Assembly (NCBI RefSeq): GCF_004010195.1
Contig: NC_057746.1
Location: 1,005,095 to 1,037,994, forward strand
Reading direction: 5' to 3'
Source: Chiloscyllium plagiosum
Taxonomy: Eukaryota
DNA: 32,900 nucleotides
The notes below the pieces were generated by a model. That model was not told where the DNA came from. It searched no databases and saw nothing but the letters and a program-made list of their open reading frames with translations. Of this stretch, positions 11,001 through 21,374 are shown one piece after another (the stretch's first letter is position 1; each line of letters begins with the position of its first letter). A program made the position numbers and the translations under genes.

Positions 11001-14000
11001 TGTTATCAGATGGTGACTGGACCTATCAGGTGGAGGATCTCCTCCAGTACCAGCCAGTGTCTGGGGATAAATACACCTGTCGTGTGGAACACAGCAGCCT
11101 GAGGGGGCCCAGGAGTGTGGATTGGGGTAAGAAGTGAATCTCAACTAGTACTGCTTGAATGAGTTTCAGGAATTTATACACGTTTGTTTTGTCTCTAGTC
11201 AAAAATCTACTGTTCAATCACATCTTATGTTCTGATACATTCAAAGTACAGCTAGCTCAGCTGGCTGGATTGCTGGTTTGCAGAGCAGTCTGATGCCATC
11301 AGTGTGGATTAATTCCAACCACTGATTTGGGGTTACTATGAAGGACACACTTTCTCAGCCTCTTTTCCTTGCCTGAGGTCTGGGGGCCCTCGGGTTAAAT
11401 CAGCACCAGTTGCTTCTCTGAGAGCAGCCCCTTTGGCCTGGCAAGACTATGGTGACACAACTTGAATTCTTGATCACTGACCTTCCATGTCATCCAGTTT
11501 TGCTCTTCCAGTTAATAACTTGCCTCTGTACTTTAATGTCTAAATGTTTTAAGAGGACTATCTTCCCTCAGTGCTATAGCCAAATTAGTTCTGTACACTG
11601 GGAAACCCTGTAGGAAATAAGTGTATTGTAAAATGCATGATCACAGACTCAAAGTTTGGGAGGAGATTTGTAGCTTGGGTGCTCGTTGTTGTGGTTCCGT
11701 TCGCCGAGCTGGGAATTTGTGTTGCAGACGTTTCATCCCCTGTCTAGGTGACATCCTCAGTGCTTGGGAGCCTCCTGTGAAGTGCTTCTGTGATGTTTCC
11801 TCCAGCATTTATAGTGGTTGACAGACTGGGAAAATAGTCAAATCCCATTAAAGTCAGCATGGAAAGGCAACTCCTGCTCACAAATTAGTGGAAATTTTGA
11901 GTGTAGAAATGAGGATGCTGTGTATTTGGATTATCAGAATGTTTGAGATCCCTTGTTAGTGGGTAAGGTTAAAGCACATGGGATAAAGGGTAATCTATTG
12001 GTATCAATTGTGAATTGATTACTAACAGAACAGGAAGAAAAGTCACTCTTCCAAATGAGTGACTATTGGAATACCACAAGGATCAGTGCTTAGACCCAAA
12101 CTATTCAGATGTATATAAATGATATGGTGAGGGATCTGAATGCAACAGTTTAATCTAAGCATAGAGGATTAGTTGACTGACAGAAAGCAGTGGGGATAAA
12201 TCAGTAACTGGTGGTGTGCCTCAGGGATCAGTGGGACCGCAGTTAGTCACAATTTATATATGACTTGGAGTTTGGTATCATATGTGTCCAAGTTTGCAGA
12301 TGACAGAGTTCAAAGTGTACAGAGGACAAACTTTGCAGAGGAGCATAATACTTTGAATGGGCAAAGGTCTGGCAGATGGAATACAATATTAATGTGACAT
12401 CTCTTTTGGTAGAAGTAACAGTAAAAAGAATTATGACTTGAATAGTAAAAAAATTGTAATTATGCTGCTGTGCAGAGGGCGCTGGGTGTCCTTGTACATG
12501 AATCACAGAAGATTGGTCTGCAGGTACAACAGGAATTTTGCCCTTCATTGCTAAAGGGGATTGAGTTTAAAAGCAGGGAGGTTGTTGCCGCTATACAGGG
12601 TGCTAGTGAGGCCACACCTGGAGTACTGTGTGCAGTTTTGGTCTCCTTACTTGAGAAAGGATATACTGGACTGGAGGAGGGTGTAGAGAAAGTTCATAAG
12701 GTTGATTCTGGAATTGAGGGGGTTGGATTATGAGTAGACTGGGATTATATTCATTGGAATTCAGAAGAATGAGGGGGATCTTATAGAAACATAAAATTAG
12801 AAGGGAACAGATAAGAGACATGGACAGTACTTTTCCACTGGTGGGTGAAACTAGGACAAGAGAGTGGAGCCTCAAAATTAAGGGGAGCAGACTTTGGACT
12901 GAATTGAGAAGGAACGTTTTCACCAGAGGGTTGTGAGTCCATGAATTCCTTACCCACTGAAGTAGTTGACATACTTCAGTAAATGTTTTTAAAGTAAGAT
13001 TTTTTTAACAATGAATTAAGGTATACAGAGGGCAGTGAAGTGGAGCTGAGGCCACAGGATGATCTTGAATGGTGGAGCAAGCTTGAAGGGCCAGATGACT
13101 TACTCTTGCTTCATGTTAATGTTCAAGAGAAAGGTAAATATTTTAAAATCAAGGTATCAAATGGTATGGGGAGAAGTGGGAATATACCACTTGTGATAGT
13201 GGATCAGCAATGATATTAAATGGTGGAGCAGGCTCAAAGGGCTGAATGTTTGTTTCTGTGACCTACTTGCCATCTGGAGCCTTGTGCAGATTGAGAATTC
13301 AATTCCCTCAGACTTTACTCCTCCCTTCAAATAAGCTTGTAATTAAACTCCAAATTAAGTTATTTCTATTTGTCTCTTTACTCTATGGATATTTTGACCA
13401 CTTCACTGCTCTCTTTTCATTGTATTGAGCCTGTTTAAATCTGGTTTTAGTCTCATAGGTATCTCCTCATGTGCCTTTGTTGCGACTTTCTCCCATATTC
13501 TGTAAAGCCTAAGTAAAATCTCCTCTGTTCGTGTTAAACTTCTTTTCCTGATTACTCTTATGCAGTTTGAAAATTTAAAAAGAAATGTGAACCTTAAATT
13601 CACTTCTCTCTGCTCGTGGACATTTCTGGCATTGATATTTTTTGTCCAAGTTCATCTTCCTTTGTCTTCTGCTTTTAGCCACTTTTTAATTTGCTTTTGC
13701 ATGTATATCTACTTTGCATTTACTTCACTGTGTTGCTTTGCTTCGTTGTGTAATTCCTTATCCTTTTCCAGTTTGGCTTGTTGCCATCCTCGTGGAAAGA
13801 TTAAATCTTTTCATTCCATTGGACATTAGCACCAGTTCTGGGGAAAACAAACTCCAAAGGTTTCCCAATCTTCCTATTTTATTTGTAGCCTACTTTTTAA
13901 AGACACTTTCCCAACTGCTTTCTTACAATTTAGTCCCTTTCTGTTTCACCAGTTCAATATGTATTATTGCCCTTTGACCATGTTCTTTTTCCTCCCTGAG

Positions 14001-17000
14001 AGTCAAAGGACTTGAGCTTGATGCAAAAGTTGATGCTCAACATTCTTGCGAAACCTTCTATTGCTGAATTGCAAATAGACTCCTCCCCTCATCACACCAG
14101 TTTCTTTTAAATGTCACTGAATTGCTCCCTAGCCCTGACCAGTGAACTTTCACAGGTGCTTTGCTATCCGTTCTCTCTGGACTGACAACCCTCAAACATT
14201 TGTTCTGGAAATCTGTCTCCAGTTTCCCTTTGCTTCAGATGTCTCAAGTATCTTACACAGCTTTTGACTCCATTAACATCTCCTCTATTCTCTCAATCTA
14301 AAATAAGCCAGAACCTTTCATTCTTCTGCATTCTGACAAGGAATGAATTATTGATAAGGTAAACATCAGTTCCAATTAAATTACTCTACTTTTTCATCCT
14401 CTATTTCCATATTGTTAACATTGTCCTCCAGTAACAAGATCTCAATAGTCTGTTAATGGCTGAGATTACTGCATGAGGAATTTCTAAATGCTCACTAATC
14501 CATATATTTTACGCCATCTATTTTACATCGTTCCAGTCCAGGCCACTTTTTTTTAATGGATGTAAAATAGAAATTCTGGCAGTATTTGTGGAGAGATAAC
14601 AGTTAACATTTTGGGTGCAGTTCTGGAGAAGGGTCATGAGCCAAAATGTTAGCTCTGCTTTCTCTTCACAGATGCTGCCAGACTTGAGTTTTTTTTCCAG
14701 CAATGTTTTTGACTTCCAGCATTCACAGTTCTTTAGGTTTTTCACTTTATTGGATTGTTTAAGTAATCTTTGTATCCAAATTTCAGTTTTCCAACTGTCT
14801 GAGATCTAGAATTCTTCATGTTGAATCTCAATTTCACAAGGAATTGTGGATCTGTCTCTTGTTAAAATGTAGTCCCATTTTGTTAAGACCCCATAACCTT
14901 GCTAGAATTAGTCTTGTGGGAGTGGAATGAGGACAAGCTGCTGGAAATCTAGCAGTGAGCAAAATACACATTTCCAGTACTTTTTTTCCTGTGCTCATTG
15001 CTTACAGTTTGATTTTTGTTCATCCACCTCCTTGCTGAAGCCACTGTTCCACAATGGCCTGAGGAGCTGAGAAAAATCAGTCAAATATGAAGACTTAACC
15101 AGGGAATGGATTCTAGTTTGTAGCTGCAAGTTCAGTATCACAGTTGAACATTTAGTGTTGCTTTGACACCTGGATTGTTTTATTTGGACAGAAGTACAGA
15201 ACGTCTCTCTATCAGAGAGACACAAGATCATTGTTGGAGCCCTGTTCTTTGGGATTGGACTGATCATCTTACTAGCTGGAGTGATAATGAGATTAAAGAG
15301 TGCTAAAGGTGAGACTTTTCCTGTATCTTGAGTGTGGGACATTGCTGCCTTTGGTTGTTTGGGGCTGAGTCTCTACACAACAATATTAGCAGTTTAATAC
15401 ACCATGCTGCACTCAATGTGATATTTACTGTGTGCATCCTTTATCATCTATTGATCAGTGCAGTGAGCATAGTGTTGTGGCTGTACAGGGCATTGGCTAG
15501 GCCACTCTTGGAAAACTGCATTTAATTCAGCCTCCCTGCTGTAGGAATGTTGTTCAACTTGAAAGGGTTGAGAAGATTTGAGGAGGTTGCCAGAATTGGA
15601 ACATTTAGGTATACAGAGGCTGAATAGGCTGGGGCTGTTTTCCCTGAAGTGTCAGAGGCTGAGGGGTGACATTGTATAGGTTTACAATATCATGAGTGGT
15701 GCGAATTGGGTGAACAGCCAAGGTCTCTTTCCGAGGGAGGGGGAGTCTAAAACTAGAGAGCATAAGTTTATGGTGGGGGGAAAGATATGAAAGGGACCCA
15801 AGGGGCAACTTTTTTTCATGCAGAGGGTGGTACATGTATGGACTGAGCTGGCAGACAAAGTAGTGGAGGCTGGTACAATTACAACATCTAAAAGGCATTT
15901 AAATGGGTACATGAATAGGAGGGGTTTAGAGGGATATGGGCCAAATGGCACTAGATTGATTGAGGATATCTGGTCGGCATGGAGGGGTTGGACCGAAGGA
16001 TCTGTTTCCATGCTGTATAACTCCATGTCTCCATAAAGCTTACTCCATTTAAGATAGCTGCTGAACTTGGGAAATGCCAAGAGGTAACATCATTACCACT
16101 AGTACGGCAAAGTTCTCACTGAGGTTTTGAGGTGGCCTTGTTATTGGTGTAATGCTTTTTAAAGTTGCTTTAGACAGGAAATATGGCTGGGAATTTTTAA
16201 CATTCCAGATCAAGAAATCTTTTCTGGCACAGTGGACAAATTCATCAAACTTAAATATTTTAGGTGGGATATTTCCAGGGCCTTCAAGTGCAATGGGCTG
16301 AATGTATAATGGACTATAATCTAGGAAACATTAATGTCATCCAGTTCCAATTACATTTACCTTAATGTGAAGCAGTTGCAAATCCTGTTTGCTAGCCATG
16401 TCATACTATCCAAATGTTCAATTTATCTCTAGGACACTTAACCAGGGTAACTATAAATCCATCTAGCTGACCTTATTTTAACTGATTCTTCCTTTAGAAT
16501 AAAAACAACTCAGTCTTTAAATACATTTTCTCTCAAGACATTGCAAAACCTTATTTTTAGTGCTGAACAGAGACCTCTGAGGAAATGTGTTCTGAAATGT
16601 GGTTACTGTTGTACTGTAGCATAACTTTAAACAGTTCTGAGGAAGGGTCACTTGACCTGAAATGTTATCCGAGTCTGATGGATGGCATGGTAACAGACCC
16701 TTTAGTCCAACTCATCCATAGTGACCACATATCCTAAATTAACAGTCCCATTTGACCCATATCCCTCTAAACTGTTCCTATTCATATACCCATCCAGATG
16801 CCTTTTTAAAATGTTATAACTGTACCAGCTTCACCATTTCCTCTGGCTCCTAGTTCTGGACTCTTTCTCCCCACCCCCCCAAAAAAAAGGAAAAAGCTTT
16901 TTTATTCTATTTACCCTATCTATGACCCTCATGATTTTATAAACCTCTAAGGTCTTCCCTCAGCCTCCGACGCTCCAGGGAAAACTGCCCCAGCCTATTT

Positions 17001-19561
17001 GGCTCCTCCCTATAGCTCAAATCCTCCAACCCTGGCCACATCCTTGCAAATCTTCTCTGAACCCTTTCAGGTTTCACAGCTTCCTTCCTTCCTATAAGAG
17101 GGAGACTAGAATTGCACACAATATTCCAACAGTGGCCTAAAGCCTATTTGGCTCCTCCCTTTAGCTCAAATCCTCCAACCCTGGCCACATCCTTGTAAAT
17201 CTTCTCTGAACCCTTTCAGGTTTCACAGCTTCCTTCCTTCCTATAAGAGGGAGACTAGAATTGCACACAATATTCCAACAGTGGCCTAACCAATGTCCTG
17301 TACAGCCACATGACCTCCCAACTCTGATACTCAATGGTCTGACCAATAAGAGACCATACCAAATGCTGCCTTCTCTATCCTATCTACTGGTAACTTCACT
17401 TTCAAGGAGCCAAGAACCTGCACTCCAACAACACTCCCTAGGACCTTACCATTTAGTGTATAAGTCTTGCTGAGATTTGATTTCCCAAAATGCAGCACCT
17501 CGCATTTATCTAGATTAAACTCCATCTGCCACTTCTCAGCCCATTGACCCATCTGATCAAGATCCCATTGTACTGAGGTAAGCTTTGCTGTCCACCACAC
17601 CACCAATTTTCATGTCATCTATAAACTTACTAACTATACCTCCAATGTTCACATCCTAATCATTTATATAAATAATGAAAAGCAGTGGACCCAGTGCTGG
17701 TCCTGTGACACACCACTGATCACTGGCCCTTCAGTCTGAAAAGCAACTCTCCACCACCACCCTCTGTCTTCTATCTTTGAGTCCGTTTTATATCCAAATG
17801 GCTAATTTTCCCTGTATTCCACGTGATCTATCTTTGCTAACGAGTCTACCAGGAGGAATCTTATCAAACTGATTTCTTGTCACAGATGCTGAACCTGCTG
17901 AGCTTTGCCACCAACTTGTGTTTTTGTTTGATTTACAGCAACCACTGTTTTGATTTTAACTTAACTAACATCAGAACAGATTCTGTTTAAGGGGTAAGGT
18001 TTCATCATGACAGATAAGACTAGATGATCTTCAAACTAGTGTTAGGACATTCCTTGCCATCTGTCTGAGGACCGACTGAGCTTAAATTTCAACATCTCCT
18101 CTAATCTACTGTAAGATGCAGGCTAGCATTCCAGTGGAGTACCAGACTATTTTATATTCAAGGTGTGGGGCTTGCAACCCTAACCTTTTTAACTTGGGTA
18201 ACCTAACCATGTTGATTTCTCTTCCAGCTATCCTGGACTCCAGCAATCATGGTCCACGTAAGTATATCAGCCAAGAATAAATTTTGTGGGAGGGATGCAC
18301 TGAGGGTTCTGTTCTGACAAATAGTGTGACTGTAGTATTCCACTTCTAGAATTAACCCTGACAGTAAAATTCCTTCTGTATTGCAACTGTATTGTCCCCA
18401 TCCCAGGTTCATTTCACATTAACCTTCACTGCTAGTCAGTGTAACTTGTGCACTAAGGTTTTAAATAAAAAACCTCATTTCCTCATTTAAATAAAAAATC
18501 TCAGTCTCATTAGCAGGCATCTTTAGTTTGGGAGCCTCTGGAATTTGCTGATAGTCAGGAGGATTGTTAGGATACAGCAGGATATAGATCAGTTGGAGGC
18601 AAGGGGAGAAAAATGGCAGATGGAATTTAAGCTGGACAAATGTGGGTGATGCATTTTGAAAAGGTAAGTACAGGTGGAAATTATACAGTGAATAACAGAA
18701 TCCTTAGGAGTATTGATAGGCAGCGGGATCTGGGTGTGCAGGTCCACAGATCACTGAAGGTGGCTGTGCAGATACTTAAACTAATAAAGGCCAATGGCAT
18801 GCTTCTCTTCATTAGAGGGGGCACTGAGTATAAAGAGACAAGTTTTGCTGCAGCTTTATAGAATTTGGTTAGGCCACACTTGGAATATTGTGTACAGTTC
18901 TGGCCGTCACAGACAAAGATGTTGATGCTTTGGAGAAGGCATAGAAGAGGTTTACCCAAAGAGTATGGGGGATTTTAGTGATGGATAGACTGGGTTTGTT
19001 TTCACTGGAACCCAGGAGGTTGAGGGGCAACCTGATAGAAGTTTAAGATTGTAAACAGCATCGTTAGTGGAAAGTATAAGACTTTTTTCCTCAGGGTGGA
19101 GGGGTCAATTACCAGGGACACTGGTTCAAGGTGCAAGAGGGAGATGTTTACAAGAGATGAGGCTATAAAGTGCTGGCAAAGGAGGTGGTGGAGGCAGACA
19201 CAGTAGCAGCATTTAAGAAGCACCTGGATGAATACATGAATAGGAAGGGAACAGAGGAATATGCATGTGAACACTTTCTTAGTATGGAAGGGCAAAATGT
19301 GTTGGCACAGGCTTGGAGGGGTCAAAGGGCCTGTTCCTATGCTCTATTCTTTGTTCAAAGTATGATACAATCCATCACATGAATGTTGTAGAACTCCACT
19401 GCACCCAATTTGTACAAAAACTGGCATTGCTATCCCATACTGAGCATAATGGTAAACTGGTTCAGTGCAGTTTGTTGGGTTAATGGTGTATGTCGAGATT
19501 GTCTTGTATTTTCTAACTCTGGTAATTTGTTTCAGGTCTGATGGGTCCAGCTGTCAGCTAA
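1988..19561 (+). CDS. mhc2b: MHC class II beta chain gene, 6 exons, join(1988..2090,2190..2447,10845..11126,15192..15308,18228..18257,19536..19561), 271 aa
   Basis: Manual splicing gives an uninterrupted 816-nt ORF with GT-AG phase-1 introns and the domain-per-exon layout of class II beta genes. It strongly resembles nurse-shark class II beta as I recall it (GAHS mature start, [13 protein letters not shown], tail [17 protein letters not shown]). Confidence 0.95.
2190..2447 (+). CDS. mhc2b: MHC class II beta exon 2 (beta1 peptide-binding domain)
   Basis: Acceptor CTTTCTCAG|, donor G|GTAAGG. Translation [86 protein letters not shown] shows the Cys pair, the NIS sequon after the first Cys, the WN motif and CxxN. 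Confidence 0.95.
3417..3494 (+). mobile_element. Truncated Penelope terminal repeat (family A) with 16-bp TSD
   Basis: TTATGCCCGAAACGTCGATTCTCCTG...CAGC is flanked by TTTGGATGGATGTGGC at 3401-3416 and 3495-3510. Confidence 0.85.
4173..5083. other. Assembly gap (N run)
   Basis: Run of n characters. Confidence 1.
5084..5440 (+). mobile_element. Young Penelope-like element 3' part (GIY-YIG fragment plus terminal repeat, family A)
   Basis: [37 protein letters not shown], then a terminal repeat shared with 7677-7830 and 20201-20326. Confidence 0.85.
5310..5343 (+). ncRNA. Minimal type I hammerhead ribozyme motif (PLE family A)
   Basis: CTGAAGA-A-GGGC(TTAC)GCCC-GAAAC-GTC; helix I is weak in this copy. 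Confidence 0.55.
5960..6120 (+). mobile_element. LINE 3' end (second family, CR1/L2 group)
   Basis: AAAATCCTAGAATTCCCTTCCTAATGGCATTGTGG...AAGAAGGCAACTCACC...AATAAAGGCTGGCCAGCCAG; homologous to 22270-22335, 23980-24345 and 27690-28420 (-). Confidence 0.65.
7052..7676. other. Assembly gap (N run)
   Basis: Run of n characters. Confidence 1.
7701..7732 (+). ncRNA. Minimal type I hammerhead ribozyme motif (PLE family A)
   Basis: TC-CTGAAGA-A-GGGC(TCAT)GCCC-GAAAC-GTC-GA. Confidence 0.6.
8695..9955 (-). mobile_element. CR1-clade LINE, 5'-truncated RT fragment
   Basis: The - strand translates to [14 protein letters not shown]...[11 protein letters not shown]...[12 protein letters not shown]; paralogous to 28675-29880. 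Confidence 0.9.
8878..9049 (+). mobile_element. Penelope GIY-YIG endonuclease fragment inserted in the CR1
   Basis: [47 protein letters not shown] shows the IY...CxxC..YIGET motif; near-identical to 5084-5195. Confidence 0.88.
10845..11126 (+). CDS. mhc2b: MHC class II beta exon 3 (beta2 Ig C1 domain)
   Basis: Acceptor TTCTGTTCCAG|, donor G|GTAAGA, 282 nt. Translation [94 protein letters not shown] carries C..TGFYP, W.KNG, GDWTYQ and YTCRVEH. Confidence 0.97.
11250..11460 (+). mobile_element. tRNA-derived SINE, decayed
   Basis: A-box-like TAGCTCAGCTGG head, and a body (GAAGGAC...CTGAGG...GGTTAAA...GAGAGCAGCCC) homologous to the split copy at 26230-27165. Confidence 0.65.
11650..11820 (-). 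mobile_element. Penelope-like element 3' terminus (family B) with 7-bp TSD
   Basis: Matches 26280-26450; flanked by ACAGACT at 11643-11649 and 11821-11827. Confidence 0.85.
11724..11763 (-). ncRNA. Minimal type I hammerhead ribozyme motif (PLE family B)
   Basis: The - strand reads GCA-CTGAGGA-T-GTCACCT(AGAC)AGGGGAT-GAAAC-GTC-TGC, with helix I GCA/TGC. Confidence 0.65.
11850..13260 (+). mobile_element. Cluster of decayed CR1-clade LINE RT fragments
   Basis: Motif-encoding stretches for [27 protein letters not shown] and LERV..KF.RL, with many frameshifts; two 3' tails (about 13120 and 13260). Confidence 0.85.
14565..14740. mobile_element. Old Penelope terminal repeat remnant with short inverted 5' part
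   Basis: TTCTGGAGAAGGGTCATGAGCCAAAATGTTAGCTCTG...CACAGATGCTGCCAGACTTG (degenerate hammerhead core), preceded by its partial reverse complement. Confidence 0.6.
15192..15308 (+). CDS. mhc2b: MHC class II beta exon 4 (connecting peptide, transmembrane, stop-transfer)
   Basis: Acceptor TTTGGACAG|, donor G|GTGAGA; [39 protein letters not shown]. Confidence 0.95.
15467..16030 (+). mobile_element. CR1-clade LINE (HER1-like) 3' fragment
   Basis: [13 protein letters not shown]...[40 protein letters not shown] plus 3' tail. Confidence 0.9.
16670..17868 (-). mobile_element. CR1-clade LINE RT fragment
   Basis: The - strand gives [32 protein letters not shown] and [19 protein letters not shown]. Confidence 0.9.
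16992..17289. repeat. 149-bp direct tandem duplication inside the CR1
   Basis: 16992-17140 and 17141-17289 differ at only two positions that I can see. Confidence 0.9.
18228..18257 (+). CDS. mhc2b: MHC class II beta exon 5 (30-nt cytoplasmic micro-exon)
   Basis: Strong sites TTTCTCTTCCAG| and C|GTAAGT; encodes (A)ILDSSNHGP(R) in frame between exons 4 and 6. Confidence 0.9.
18545..19355 (+). mobile_element. CR1-clade LINE RT 3' fragment
   Basis: [56 protein letters not shown]. Confidence 0.88.
19536..19561 (+). CDS. mhc2b: MHC class II beta exon 6 coding part (C-terminus and stop)
   Basis: Acceptor TTTGTTTCAG|; (R)LMGPAVS* with TAA at 19559-19561. Confidence 0.9.
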
Positions 19562-19594
19562 CTTACCTCTGGGAGAATGTGTTCAAGACATTGG

Positions 19595-19626
19595 AATAAA
19601 TGACTTGATTAAATGACAGAATTAAA
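19595..19626 (+). terminator. Candidate polyadenylation signals of the class II beta gene
   Basis: AATAAA at 19595-19600, ATTAAA at 19608-19613 and 19621-19626, another ATTAAA at 19865-19870. The site actually used cannot be determined from sequence. Confidence 0.45.
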
Positions 19627-20111
19627 CCGCTAAAAATGCATCAAGATTCCTCCTGACTCTCTAACTATAGCTTACTGGGTGCAAGGCTACTTTTCCTTTT
19701 TTACGATGTTTAAGATTAACTTGAAGCAACGTTGAGATTTTTATGCTGTAGTATCTCATTGCACACATCCCTATCATCTGGTTCAATGACTAAACGTGTT
19801 GAAATTAAGAAACTGGGATAAGTGCTGGGTCCATTCTGTGTCTCTACTTTCAAAATATGCACTTATTAAAAACTCGTCAGATTTTCAGCATTGGCCTGGA
19901 TTATCATTGAGTTGGGGAGATGCCATGAATGGCTAAAAATGGCAACAGGACCAGATTTCAGAATTTCTGACCACTTGATTGGATTTTTGATTTTCAGCAG
20001 TGCTTAAGGGTGTGTGCAGGTTTGGGTCACAATCCCACAGTTTACCTGACCTGCTCTACAATACAGATAGCCACAGCCTAGTTCTTTCACTCAACTCAAT
20101 GAAAATTGCAG

Positions 20112-20326
20112 ATGATGGAAATGTGTTGCTGGAAAAGCGCAGCAGGTCAGGCAGCATCTAGGGAACAGGAGAATCGACGTTTCGGGCATTAGCCCTTCTT
20201 TCCTGAAGAAGGGCTAATGCCCGAAACGTCGATTCTCCTGTTCCCTAGATGCTGCCTGATCTGCTGCGCTTTTCCAGCAACACATTTCCATCTCTGATCT
20301 CCAGCATCTGCAGACCTCACTTTCTC
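20112..20326. mobile_element. Penelope-derived palindromic mini-element (family A), 87-bp inverted arms, 17-bp TSD, hammerhead core at 20203-20230 (+)
   Basis: Arms 20114-20200 and 20206-20292 have one mismatch; TSD CTCAATGAAAATTGCAG at 20095-20111 and 20327-20343. Confidence 0.9.
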
Positions 20327-21374
20327 CTCAATGAAAATTGCAGTTTATGTAGAGTCATGGTTCATGGCACCTATCATGAACCGTACTCTGCCTAGGGTGG
20401 CTGTTTTGAAAGGAAAGTTCAAAAGCTCATCATGCCTCCCATACCAAGCTATTGCCCATTCATTTGTTGTAGACTACAGAACCAATACATTCTGTAGTGA
20501 GGACAATTTAAGAAATGCATTGAATGTTTAATGTAGACCCCAAACATCCATTTGGAGTGCTGAAACAGCTAATCCCTGAGTAAGTGTTGCTTGACTGATA
20601 GCTCTGGATCTCTGCACAATTCAGATCAATGTTTGAGCACAAGGTTTCAAATACCTGGTGAGTTGTTATTGATAGGGTCAGTTTTTAAATGTGCTATTTT
20701 CACTAGTTAGGAATTTGTCAAGTCTCACTGCCTTACTAAAATGAAAGTCCAGGCCTTTATCTATAAATGTATGCAAATGCTACAATGGATATTTGTCATA
20801 GAAAAATTTGATTAAAATTCAATTTTACTCAGGTCTGCTATTGTTGGTCCTTTCCTACAACAACTGTAACAAAACTTGACTGGCTTTTCATTTCTAATTA
20901 CTTTTGGGACTCTAACATCAAAGCATGGGAAAAGATGAGTTTGGCTCTGAACTCAGTTCCTGTTGTGCATTGTATATTCCATTGTGCAGAATGAGCTATC
21001 TCAGGGTAACGAAGAGGCATTTTTGTAATTAGTCTAAAGTATGTGATTACTCAATGAGGTGCATATGTAGCTAGAGCCATTGCTTAGTGTTAGTGACAAT
21101 GGATTGTAGATAAAGCAGGCTCCCCTAGTTGGAATCAAACTTTGGTTTCAATAGCAATTTTTATTTAAAATTGCCTATTAGACCAGCCATTCAAGTAGAG
21201 AATGAAAGGGTGAAACAAGCTGAAGATGTTGACAAAAGTCCTGGAAATGGAAATACAGATTTGAGGGTCGTGGCAAAGACTATATTGGTGAACCTGTTAG
21301 GCCACAGGAGCCTAAGGAGAAAATGCTCCCAAGTTCCTATCAAGCCTATGACATCAATGAAATCTGTCCTTAAT

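Larger units (their letters stand above)
16630..17955 (+). mobile_element. Old Penelope terminal repeat (16630-16668 and 17870-17955) split by a CR1 insertion
   Basis: CTGAGGA-AG-GGTC(ACTT)GACC-T-GAAATGTTA on the left continues as ...CACAGATGCTGAACCTGCTGAGCTTTGCCACCAAC on the right of the LINE. Confidence 0.6.

Noticed and set aside
11250-11330. Possible tRNA gene (also 26230-26279)
   Set aside because: Only A/B-box remnants with no cloverleaf; they continue into a shared SINE body.
13403-13977. Overlapping short ORFs in intron 3
   Set aside because: T-rich, low-complexity translations with no motif I can recognise.
1988-19561. Gene as MHC class I, W-category or a pseudogene
   Set aside because: It has a single peptide-binding exon with class II beta hallmarks, GDWTYQ in the Ig domain and a shark class II beta type tail, with no stops, frameshifts or broken splice sites. 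A phylogeny would be the formal test of category.
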